64,000 bases of DNA from Bugula neritina (taxonomy: Eukaryota; Animalia; Bryozoa): the NCBI GenBank assembly GCA_964035545.1, contig OZ037769.1:11996633-12060632 (forward strand), read 5' to 3'. The notes under the pieces are model-generated. The model ran no database searches. It saw only the letters and a program-made list of their open reading frames with translations, and was not told where the DNA came from. Of this stretch, positions 38,301 to 50,966 are shown in pieces; the first letter of the stretch is position 1, and each line of letters begins with the position of its first letter. The position numbers and the translations under genes are program-made.

Positions 38301-41300
38301 TATTTTATTTCTTAAAAGGCTTCGTGATTATTCAAAATCTCACTACTGCCACCAATACAGTAAATTGTGGGTTATTGAATACAATCAGGCAGAGAACATA
38401 ACTTTCTATAAGCAAAAAGAAATAAGAGAGGTCTTCTAGTGTGTGCAAAATAAGTTTTATTGTTGAGAGTAGTTTGTTCCAACGTGAGCTCCTGTCTTAA
38501 ACTGACTAGGAGCTCAAAATGGGCCTTTTGTTATACTGGTCAAACAAAGGAAGTTTATAATCTTTGACTGACAGTCGGCTAAAGTTTGTAATGTCGAATT
38601 TTAGTGTGTTGACATTTAGAATGTCGAGGTTTGACAATCGGAATTTTGGCAAGCTGGCAAGCCAAACTTTGGTCAAGCTCGATTTGCAATTCATAAGCGA
38701 TATTGAACAAAAATTAAGTGCCGAAGGATCGTAAGTTACAAGCGTGGGTAATGAATAACTATTCACTATGCTAAAAACTTAACAATAATTATGGTGTTCA
38801 GAAAAATAAACCATATGTTATTATGATAACCTGTGTAGAATGGAGCAACTTTATAAACTACCTCAATACTCGGAAAAAAATTCATCATAAAACATAATTT
38901 TTTAGGGCATCCAAGTACCTTAAAACAGTATGCAAATGAAAACTAACCTATATAGGTATATTTTAGTACTGCATAAGTGGAATGTGTCAGATATTATTTA
39001 ATAAAAGAGTTGGAATGATTGAAAACATACAAATGCATTTATTAAAGCCCAATGGCAATTCTATACCTGAAGTGGACTTTTTTCAAACGGTCAACATTAA
39101 AAATTACACATACTTACAGTAAGCTGTCTTTAACTTACTAAATTATGGTTGTCCCATTTCCGATTTGTCTCTTTTCAAAGTGTGTATTTTTGAAATGATA
39201 TTTTGGAAAGGACTCACCAAAGAAAGCTGAACCTGTGACAATTGTTGCTTTCCAATCTGGATATCCAAAGATAGATAAAGATGCTCTAGCAGCAATACTT
39301 GAAGATGTGGACAACCTGCCCTTAATCATAGTTTCAATGATCGGGGTTGCGAGAGTTGGCAAATCGTTCCTTCTTAATCTGTACATGAACTACTTGAACC
39401 ACTTGGAGAAGGTTAGTACAATTTGAAGCTATTCTTATAGTTGTGTATTATAATTACGGAAAGAACTATGGTCCATTGATTGCGTAAGGGTTAAATTGAA
39501 AAAAGAAATTATAGTTACTGGCAATATTTAAAATATTTTTAAAAATGTTAGTGCCGTTCAAGTAAGTTGCAGTCAAGTGTTGAGGCTCTAAAATGAGCTG
39601 ATTATAAATTTTATAAATGTACAATATTTTACTTTTTATTTGTGGCAAAAACCAAATGAGAACTTTATCGAATAAAAAATCACGAGGTGCAATTATGCTG
39701 TTCTTAAACATTGTAGTTTTTAGTTGTGTTTTGTAGTGTTTTGCAGTTCTAGTTGTAGTTGGTATTGCTACAAGAACCTGTAGATGCTAGTCATCGTGGG
39801 TGTGCCAAAAATGGGCTGGTAATGCACATCAATACTAACCTTTGTTGCTATATATCACTGTGAAGCCAACATTCTACTTATTTCAAATCTGCAAGTAGCT
39901 TTCTTGTATCTGTATCTGTAGACTACACATCCGTGCGTTTAAAACAGTATATTTCCTCTATTTACCGGAAATCAGCCATCAGCTAATAAAAACAGATTAA
40001 ACTTCAATTTATACTTAAATAATGTCAACCCAATTAATAAAATGTATTAGTATTGGGTCAAAAGCAAATCCTGAAAAGATGTCTGTTGATCAGAATAAAC
40101 TAAAATCTGGTGTGACTTATAAGAACACTACAGAGTGTCTGCACGCTAAAAGTTGCCATTCTAGATGCTCCAAAAAATAATATCAGTTATATCCGGAAAG
40201 CAATACATCATGCCATCATATGCCCCGCCCACCTATCAAATTTTAGTCAAAATTATTTTGAAACATAGTTTCATAGGTGTAAAACATTTCCAGAAAATAA
40301 TTTGAATATCAAGAATTGGCCAACCTCTGCATACTCACTCCTTTTCAACTGAGAACCTCCCAGATACAAGAAAGTCATTTTCAGACTTGAAATCAATATT
40401 ATAAGAATGTAGGCGTTACAGTGATATATAGCAACAAAAGCAGTATTGTGCCAGGAATGGCTTAGTGAGTTGGCTAGCAACAAGCATCGAGCAACACTTT
40501 CTTAATCTTTGAATTTTATTTACTCTTTGTCTTGTACCCTATTAAAATATCAAAGAATAACTACATCCTGCACAAAAATACATACATAAGTAAACTTCAA
40601 ATAACATCAACAAAAACATAAAACTTCAAAACTATAATTCTAGTTACAAACATCAGCTCTTTATAGCGCTTTCCTGGCAAGTGAATTGCTAATATTTCTA
40701 ATACATTAAAAATAACATAACCAAAAAGCTAACAAAATAGCTGAACAAGCTGCAAAAAGCTAACATATTGTTTATTCAAATTTTGGCAAAGAGCCAGGAT
40801 TTTCTCCCTGACACATCGGAGGGGTGAGGTTGGCATGATCATGGCTAGTTAAGAGGCCATGATTTTGACAATAACTAGCAATAAAAGTATGCATCAATTT
40901 GCTAACTAGGGCAAGCTTTAAGCAGTACAAAAGGAATTACTCAGTCTACATCACTTAAAGGATTGCTCTATCTTGTCTAATAAATGGCCATTTAGGTCAA
41001 ACACACATAATATTGTGTTTTTCTAAGCATGCATTGACAAAAAGCATTTGACCAAAGGTAGAAAAAGTTAGTTGAAGTTGAGGGTGTAGATTGGTAACAG
41101 CCAAAACGCCGATTTTGAAATGAGCTGGGAAATGTGACGTAACAGCGCCAGCATTCCTGCTGGTCACGTGACTATACAAATGAATAACTATAGAAATATG
41201 ACTGTGAGATGTAATCTTTTAGCTTGTAATTTGTATATTTATAGAAGTGCAAATGTGAATTATCTCAACCTATAGTTTTTTGACATTTTAAATAACATGT

Positions 41301-44300
41301 ATGTGATAGCATTAGGCTATATTTTGCTTGTAAACATTAGAAAAAGCCTTGCAAAAACATGCATTCTTTAGGATGAATGCCTGCGATCGATCTAAACTAG
41401 GTCAGATTGTGCAATATTACGGGCACACCAAAGCTGACCTATATAGCGCACTGTAACTGCTTGAGCGTTATTGGTTGATGTTGCGCCCAGCAACCTTGAA
41501 TACTAGCGTTATAGTTAGCACGTGCAGCATAGTTACTGGCGTTCACACGTCACGTTTTAGGCTCTTCTTTTTCATGGCTGAAAATTTTACCTCCCTCAGA
41601 ATTGGAATTTTGAAAAGCTGTTTTCTAGGCACATATCCCTTTGCAAAGCCACAATTGTTTGCATACACATTAGATTATAGTTCATAATTATAATGTGATT
41701 GTAATAAACTAAGATTGAGCAATCCTTTAAGCACCGATCTTACTCATAATTGGTGTATATAGGACATAGAAGTGCAAGGCGTTGAACCCTGCGCTTAGCA
41801 GAATATCTTTAGCCCCTTTATGCTCATAGGTTTGTCCTCCTATCTGAAAATGTTTGTAACATTGAATAATTTTTGAATTATGCCTTCTACCCCCCCCCCC
41901 CCCCGGAATAACTTGCTTTACTGTACCAAAGATTTTTCATGTTGGCCACTAAGTTGACTATCTGAAACCTTTTCTAACAAGTTTTTGTAAGTTCCATTTG
42001 GATCAATGCACTTTTCTCATTTATTTGATTCGCGTTAGTTCTAGTGAGCTGAGGTCCTGGATCAAAGATCTGCGGCTTTCTTTTCGATTTAGTAAGTGTT
42101 CTATTGACATAAAATTTGTGAGAGTTATGTCCGTAGGTAATTAGTAGGGCTATGTTCTTGTGAAGAGCACCATATGCTTTGTCACTCGCATCTGAAAAAA
42201 TTACTAGGGTGGGTTTCCCAACTACTCTCTGCGCCTCCAGGCAACGCTCATGATCCACTGATTGTAATTCAAACATGCCTTGGAAAAAGGTAATCCAGCG
42301 AGCGCCACACACTTTTGGCAGAGCATCGTCCCAGCCTAGTTTGAGCTCCCATGTTTCGCAAAGTAAGAGCTTTGCCTTCAAAAGAAATGGGCTTATCAAT
42401 CCTAGAGAGTCATAGATCCTTATCACTTGTTCTAAGACTGAGCGGCGCGTCAAACTGAGAAGGGTGGCTCCAGGCACCATGTTTCTTGTAGGATCGGGAT
42501 TGCTGTGTACCCCACGCTTTTTTATGCAGAAGTCGAGACAGGTTTCAAAAGTTGATTTGTCCTTTACAGGACTCTGTCCTAGTCAAACAACTTGAATAGT
42601 CTGAGCTGGACTAACCACACTATCTGCTATTGAGTCCACATTCACCCCAGGTGCTGCTTCTCCTCCATATGCCAATGCTTTATAACAACTCCTGCCTCTT
42701 TTAAGACGTGTGATGTGTTTTTTGTCAGCTACAATGCTTTATCTACAGTCTCCGCAGAATCAATCATGTCATCCACACAAGCTGACTCTTTTAATAAAAA
42801 GGCTACGTATGACAACTGGTTCTCAAAAAGCTCAGCAGTCTTGTATACAGCCTCTATGCTAACTGCGGCCGCCGGACGGTCGCCCATACTCCCCCTCTGT
42901 ATAACAAAGGTATCTGGTGGTCGTTCCTCTAAATCCCGCCACAAAAATCGATGACAATGCTGCTCGACTTTCTCAATGTGGATGGAGTTATGCATTTTTC
43001 CAATGTCCCCCAGTAGCGCAATTTCTCTCTCTCTCCACCTCAGCAATACACTTAGTAGGTGGCTGACGTATGAATCTGGTCCTTTAGCAAGGACAGAGCT
43101 GGGTGACATTCCTTTGTGAACTTGACTGAGATTGAAGACCTTTATCACAGGTGTAGAAGATGCTTTTGGGTTACCGATAGCCAAGTGTGACAAGTAAAGT
43201 TTCGGTCCCACACAATCTTTCAACTCTTCCGATGACAACTTTCTCATCACAGCTCTCTTAAACATGTTACATATTTGATCAGTGAAAATTCTAGCCGAAT
43301 CTTCATTTTCTCTCAAAGCCCCCTCTGCAGCTTTTGGTGCAGCCAATGCTGGATAATCATTGTTAGGTAACTCTCGTGCGTCTCTAACTCATAGATTCCC
43401 AGTCACCCAATGCTTGTTAGCTGAACTACATTGCAAATTATAAAAAATACTTTGCAATTCTTTTTCTATGAATGAGAAGGTGAGCCCAACTCCTGGAAAT
43501 TTTTCAGGTTCAATGGCACCATCTTTAATGGTTTGCTCTGTTCCTAGACTTTTACCTTGAATTAATGAATCTCATTTCACAGCTTCCCCCACACCTGTCA
43601 AATATGTATGCGGCTTAGAAAACTCCAAATGCTGCAATACAAGTGCTTCACTGCTTTTTTCTACTGCTTGACTGCACATACTGATTTGTGTAAAATGTGA
43701 TTTCTGCTCTCCGCTCAGTCTTAAGCATGAGTGAGTTCCATGGAGACACATGCCAAATGGACCTTCCAACACTTTTAAGTTAGATTCCGCTGTGGCAACT
43801 ACCTGCCTAGGATGAAGGCTACAAAGGTCTGCTCTAATTAAAATATCTACCCCCTCCGAGTGGCGCTGAAATAGGTTCGGATTTAGGTTAAGAAAGAGCT
43901 CCTTGATGACTTGGAAATTGAGACTCGATACTTTCCCAGTTATCTGGTCAAGTCCAAAACAGGTGATTGTAACTGGTTTTCCTGAACTTGAAGCTAAACA
44001 AACTTCATAGAGGTAAGTCGAGTGTTGTGGCTCTACATTACCAGTAGTAGTCAAGTCGAGCTTAACTGGTCTGAGACGTTTTGCCTTGATTCGCTTTGCT
44101 GCCCGGTGTGTGATAAACATACCGTGGAACCGCTATCAAAAAATACAGTTACTTTCTTTTTAAAATCAACGACGTGAACCTGTTGGATCAAAAGTAAAAT
44201 GGAGCTATTATCACTAGAATGACTAGTTGTTGCTGTTACAAGCTGATTTTTGCATAACAAATAATTGTGATTAGACAGGTTACAAATAGTACACGGAGAT

Positions 44301-47300
44301 TTAGAACGACAATGTTTCATTTGGTGATCTTTAAAACATCTGTAGCATACACGAGATTTTTGAACTTCTTTAATACGATCAGTTACATTAGGCGACAAAA
44401 TAGTTTGCATTCTTCAGTCGGGTGAGGTTTATTGTGAATAATGCATCTATTGACCTGTGTGTCACTGTTGTGAGCGCTTGAGGGTTCAGCAATGCTCCCA
44501 TGAGTTCTAATGGACTTGTCACTTTTCTTTTGTTGCCTCTCCGCTAGTCTTCTTGATATAGCTCTCTCATCTTTTAAGTAGCTCATGAACAAAGAGAAAG
44601 GGTGTACTTTTTCCTCTAAGCTGGCATCCACTCTTTTCGAATGAGTACAGGCAACAAATCACACAACTCATCCACCATTGGCATGGTGACACTGTTGACC
44701 TGTGCCACTTCCCTTAATTGGCTATAGCTTAGCTCCACTTGGTTTACAAATTTGATGAGCCCCATCAGGTCTCCTTCTGGGACTGGCCTCAACTTTTTTG
44801 AGTCACTATGCACACATTGTATGTTTAAACTTAAGTCACAATAGATCTCGTCTAATCTATTCCACATCCGAGCATAAGCCCCTTCTTGAGTAACTGAAAT
44901 GGGTTTGACCACGTCTGATGCTTTATCCTTTAGACAAGATTTAAGGGCCCATGCACGTTCAATATCATTATAGTATTCGCAGTGCACATGCTTACGTCAT
45001 ATTGATCGAAAATCTACCCATGCCCTTCTATTTCCACTAAATGCTGGCAAGGGAACTTTGATAAATTTTGATCTTCTAAATGTACTACCACTTGAAAGTT
45101 CAGAGTTTTCCTCACTATTCAAATCTGGTAAAGGGTAACTTGAGGCTCTACTACTACCATTCTTGTAGGCGGACACAACCGACGTATCAAAATTACTTGA
45201 CCGGCCCTGAGAAGCACTTCTATACCCTGCTAAGTTGTTATTTCAACTTTCAAGTGAAGGGCTAAATGATGTAGACTGAACAATACCCCCATCATGCTGT
45301 TGGAGATTTAGTTTGCCGAAAATATTGATCACCTGTTAGGTCACACTTGCATACTTTTATCGCTTGCCTCAATTTAAAAATACAATCATGCAAATTAGAA
45401 AGATCAAAGTTTTTATGGTAAGCAGAAAAATCAAGTAAAGCTACACTGTTAGTTGAATGCAATTCAGCTTTATAAATAAAAAGTTCTTTGTCACATTCAC
45501 CATTCTCATAGCTAGATAAAATAACATCAGCTGTTTTAATGTAAGTTTCTACATGCTCAGCTAAGTGATGAAAACAAGATTTAATGGCACCTTTGTATAT
45601 ACCCTCAATATTTTTCGAGATATTCATTTAGATTAAGACCACTAACCGTACGATAGCTACTAAATGTCTCATCATTTTCTACCATTTCACTATACTGGAA
45701 ATGAACAGTCAGTAACTCTTGGTAAATGTCTTCCAATTCCTTCCGGCTCTGTTCTAGGTTGCTCTGACTGTTACTGCTGAGTCGCTTCGTTGCAGCTGTG
45801 AGGCGAGCCTTTAAGCGTGACCGCTCCTCTTTCATCTCTGTTACAATTCTTTTAGTTTCAATTACAATTGTTTAACTTCCCTGGACACTGATACCTGATG
45901 TATTACTGGATACAGTTGTTGTTTGCTAACACTGGATACTGGCACTTGATACTGGACACTGCTACTTGTAGTAGTACTGGATACAGTCAGTGTTTGATGA
46001 CACTAAATAATGGCACTTGATGCTGAAACTTGCTACTTGTATCTTCTTTTATAATCTTCAAGCTATTCAAGTAGCTAACAGCATCTAAATTTGCTTTTTT
46101 GTAACCTTGCTATTCTTCAGCTAGTACTACATTATTCATCTTCGCCAATATGGAGCACCAATTTCGTAGCAACATCAAACTGGATGATTAGTACTGTCTT
46201 GAGAAAATGAGTACTCTTCCAATTGCTATTTATTGCTGGTATAATGGCTCCTGCTGTTTGGTACTGCTGGTGATTTAGTACTTCTGATGATGTTTAGTAC
46301 TGCTGGTGATCTAGTACTTCTGGTGATATTTAGTACTTCTGATGATGTTTAGTACTGTGCCAGGAATGGCTTAGTGAGTTGGCTAACAACAAGCATCGAG
46401 CAATACTTTCTTAATCTTTGAATTTTGTTTACTCTTTGTCTTGTACTCTATTAAAATATCAAAAAAATAACTACATCCTGCACAAAAATACATACTAAGT
46501 AAACTTCGAATAACATCAACAAAAACATAAAACTTCAAAATTATAATTCTACTTACAAACATCAGCTCTTTATAGCGCCTTCCTGGCAAGTGAACTGCTA
46601 ATACTTCTAATACATTAAAAATGACATAATCAAAAAGCAAACAAAATAGCTGAACAAGCTGCAAAAAGCTAACATATTGTTTATTCAAATTTTGGCAAAG
46701 AGCCAGGATTTTCTCCCTGGCACAAGTATTGATGTGCTCCAACAGCCCATTGCGTTCTAATGGGTGCCATCTAGTTTGCACCAATCATTACTCAAAGCGG
46801 TTTAGCCAATGGGTCATTTTACTTAATTTAGTACACACTCGAAATCTCCAGTTTTAGCTATTTTTCCCAATTTAGCTGCTAATATGTATGGGTTTTTGCC
46901 TAAAACTAATAGCATATTAATGAATACAACTAAATAGTCAAGGTTATTTTTGACTTTGCCTAATTTCCAATGTTTTTTCTAATTATTTAGCTAATTTGGA
47001 TTTGCAGACCGTTATGGTTTTTTCTAACGGTCGCAGATGTATAATATCAAGTGCATATGACAATGACTGTGCTTTAATGTTAAGGAATCCCCTCCTAGCC
47101 TTTTCTGTTGCGCATAATGAGAATCCGCACATAAGTATAGCCTACCATGTATAGTAAATTTCAATGAATTTTGAGCAAACTTTACCGTAAGGTCATAATT
47201 TGCTGGTGTGTACTAAATAAAGTAAACTGACTCCAATAAATTAAAAGCCATCTGAACTTGGAATTGAATATTACAAAGAGTATAATGGAACTTGAAATTG

Positions 47301-50300
47301 TAGTGTGAATTTAAGTTAATAACTAGATAATGAACAGCTTTGAAAGCTTAGTCATTGATACCCTGTTTTGATATTTTAGAATGGAGATGATAAAAAATGG
47401 GAGTTTTCTAAAGAAAAAACTGAAGGGTTTCCCTGGGGGAAAAGTGAAGAGGCGGTAACTCTAGGAATATCTGTGTGGAGCAAACCTTTCATTATCACGC
47501 CAAGAAAGGGTGAAAGGGTTAGACACCAACACTTGTATGTTGAAGGTTTTTTGCTGTTAACTAGTTTGTAGATCAGTTGTTGCACAGTGATATGATATAC
47601 TAAATTAATTATATATTTCTAAATATCCTAGGTCTATAACAAGTCATTAAACAAAAACTAATTGCCCTTTTCTCACATCTTGCTTGTAAGTTAAGTTGCG
47701 TTTCCTGTTTTGCTCTTTGCTTTCCTTCATGTAAGCAAAGTTACTATCCAAGTAAAGTGACTATCGAAGCAAAGTAACGTAAAGCTATTATCCAAGTAAG
47801 GTTACTGTTGCCAGATCGCTGTTCTGTTGATGGACTGTGAAGGAGAAGGTCATCTCAGTGGAGACAGCAGAGTAGATAATCTAGTAACCTTTATTTCTTT
47901 GCAAATTGCATCTGTGCAGCTGATTAACGTAGACAAACTCATTCATCCAATAGATCTTACCAGACTCAAGGTATTTTGTACAGTAACATGAAGTAAGATT
48001 ATTTTATTTATTGGATTTTATTCAATCATGCTTATAATTTTATTAAAGCAAATAGAACCAAAAATGTGTTTTATCAAAAATACTTGATAAATTATTTGTC
48101 ACGTGATACAAGTCTCAAAAAAACCAATCGATATATTAAAACAAAATTTTATGTAAGGATGCAAGTAAACATGATTAAAGCTAAGTTTACATTCTCAACT
48201 CCTTGTAGCTGTGTTTGGACAATGCTGAAATATCTCACGATGATGAAAGTTTAGCTGATGACAGTCTGTTCAGGTCTCTAGTGTTTGTAACCAAAAATTA
48301 CAACCAGGGATCTTGTGGCGAAGATAACAAAGTTTTTGACAAGCTGGTAAGCTTTAGTAAATAAAAAGTAGTAAATTTATAAATAATGGTGTTTTAGTTA
48401 TGTGCAGTAACTGACTTGTGAATTTATTTTAGGTTAAGAGTCCTAATCAAGATCTGACGACTCTCATCAAAGGCATAAAGAATACTTTTAAACCCATAGT
48501 ACAGTTCAAGTTTCCATTCCCGGGGGAAATCATAAATGATGCCACACAAGACACCTACGACTGGGATCTAAGTGGTATGATATTAAAATGTATAGACAAC
48601 TAAAACTTGTGTCGCATGCTATCAAGAATATTGTAGAAGCAGTATTACAATTAAAGTGTTATAAAGTATTGCTTTTCGTGAATGCCTAGCATATTGTTGT
48701 GGAATTTCGAGGATATATACAATTCCCCTTTGTGGGTTTTGAGAAGAACCAATGCACTTATTTAATCTAATGTTCTTATTGGAGAGAAAGGTACGAGAGT
48801 GTTCTGTGGGTAGACATGTTTCGTAGGTTGCAATATTATAGAGGCCAAACCTACTTCCTTTATTATTAACCAAGCAAAGACATATTTACAAGTAGCAAAA
48901 TAACAATACATAATCTTAGAATACAACCGTAACTAACTACACCCCAACTCTCTGGGCTGGCGTGGTCACCTTCTTATATACTGAGATAAGCCCATTTACA
49001 GGCTGACCAATAAGCCCAAGCTTATGAATAACACTGCGGAGTCAGCCAACCAATCATTGTGCATCCAAATATTCATCTAAACGGAAGCTCAAAATGTTCC
49101 AGCAATTGCAGCTACGGCTGGCTTGATGATGATTGGTCCATGGGCTCTGGTTCGAGAGATTGCCATAATAATATAGTTGATTGTAACGCAATCTGATTAG
49201 TGACTGATGAGTGAGTCCAGCTAAGTTGATGGCCATCACGTAGCATACGTACTCTCCAATAACAGTTATCAGTCAAGCTGGACAACTAACCACTAACTAC
49301 TAGCCATTGACAATGTGTTATTATAATAACGACAGGGAAATAATAATATAAATAACTCAAAATTTACCACAATATACTAAATTGTTAAAAACATTAGTAA
49401 AGTGCTTTTTAAACAAATACAATGAATATTGGCTGCTGTTGAATAGCTTTCTCTGTTTATATAACCGAATTATATTTAGTCAAGCAAATAATGTAGTTTT
49501 ATGAAGAGTACTAAAGTGTTTGGCCTAGTAAACACAAAGTTATGGGAACCCTGCAAATGCCATTGATGGTATTAAGAAAAGCATCTTCTCGTGCCTCGTC
49601 TGAATAAATCCTTAGCCCAATTGAACAAAAACTCTTTTCATCAGGTATTCCTTACAAGGATGATGACTATAAACTTGTGTGATATTTTTAGATTGACCAT
49701 GCATAGACTTTAAGGAGCAAGTAAGCTGTTTTCAGTAATCTATATTCACTGTTTTACCATGGATCAAAATATGGAAGCCTTTAAATTGAATTTAAATGAC
49801 TAGTAACACTTATTTTCATCTGCTATTAATTTCCTTGTAATTTCAAGCCTAACAGTTCTGTAAGTTTATGAATAATCTGTAAGACAGCTATTAATTTATA
49901 TAAGATCTCACTGTAAATTGCCGCTAGATAATTAGTGAAATCATAAAAAAAAACATTGAAAAGCTCTAGCATTAGTGAACTTACTGTATATAGTTCCGGT
50001 AGGATCTTACAATATTTTACCGACATTTTATTTTACCTCTATATAGTAACTCATATTATAACTGTACTTCTGCTACCTACTTACCTTAAGAGCTACTCAG
50101 ATTTATCTGGCCAAATTGATTTAGAATTGAAATGAACAAACTGGCCAAAACCCATAGAATGACATTGAAACTAAGTTGAATGAAGAAAGTTTCATGACTA
50201 GAAATAGCAAATGGTGCATTTTGTCTTTTTCCAATTGAGCAAGTAGTCATTGTGCTCCTCTAGGTATTAAGAGAACATTTCTGAGTACAGCAAAAAGTCT

Positions 50301-50744
50301 TTTCAGACGGATTTCTTTCATGGATGATCAGCGTGAAAGTCAGCACTGTTGGGAAACTGCTGCTGAGGCTGCATATGTATTTGAGGTGATAACTATATAT
50401 TATAATATATTCTATATAATGTTATATACATAATATGTTGAAAATTAAACCATATATATTAAATAATATGTTGGATATTATACTCTATATAGTATATATG
50501 CTGGATATTATACTATGTATTATAATAATATGTAATTTCCACATTAAAGTTGTTATAAAAATGTTATGTAGACAATAAAAGATAGATTTGAGGACAAAGA
50601 TTTGCCAGAAGTACTAACAAATAGAGATCTTTTAGATGACAGCATCTGCCGTAGAATATACTCTGATGTTTCAAAGAGCTGTGAAGTGATGCTGTTTCAG
50701 GTAGTCTAGTGTTCTACAGCTATTATATATATGTATATATATAA

Positions 50745-50835
<91 letters not shown>

Positions 50836-50898
50836 AATCTGTGAACAGCAGCTGTTTCGGGATTTGTCCCATCATCAGCACAGAACAGAGTATAATAT

Positions 50899-50966
<68 letters not shown>

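Noticed and set aside
46383-46784. 133-aa hydrophobic ORF
   Set aside because: Mostly overlaps the BEL LTR, crosses the insertion junction, and is not preserved in the other LTR.
49203-49245. CTGATGA plus GTGA/TCAC stem in the solo LTR as a hammerhead
   Set aside because: Followed by GTAG rather than GAAA; stems I and III do not form.
49692-49720. Possible micro-exon ag|ATTGACC...GAGCAA|gtaag in the plus gene
   Set aside because: Gives an immediate TGA in the required phase and has no counterpart in the paralogue; the flanking exons join without it.
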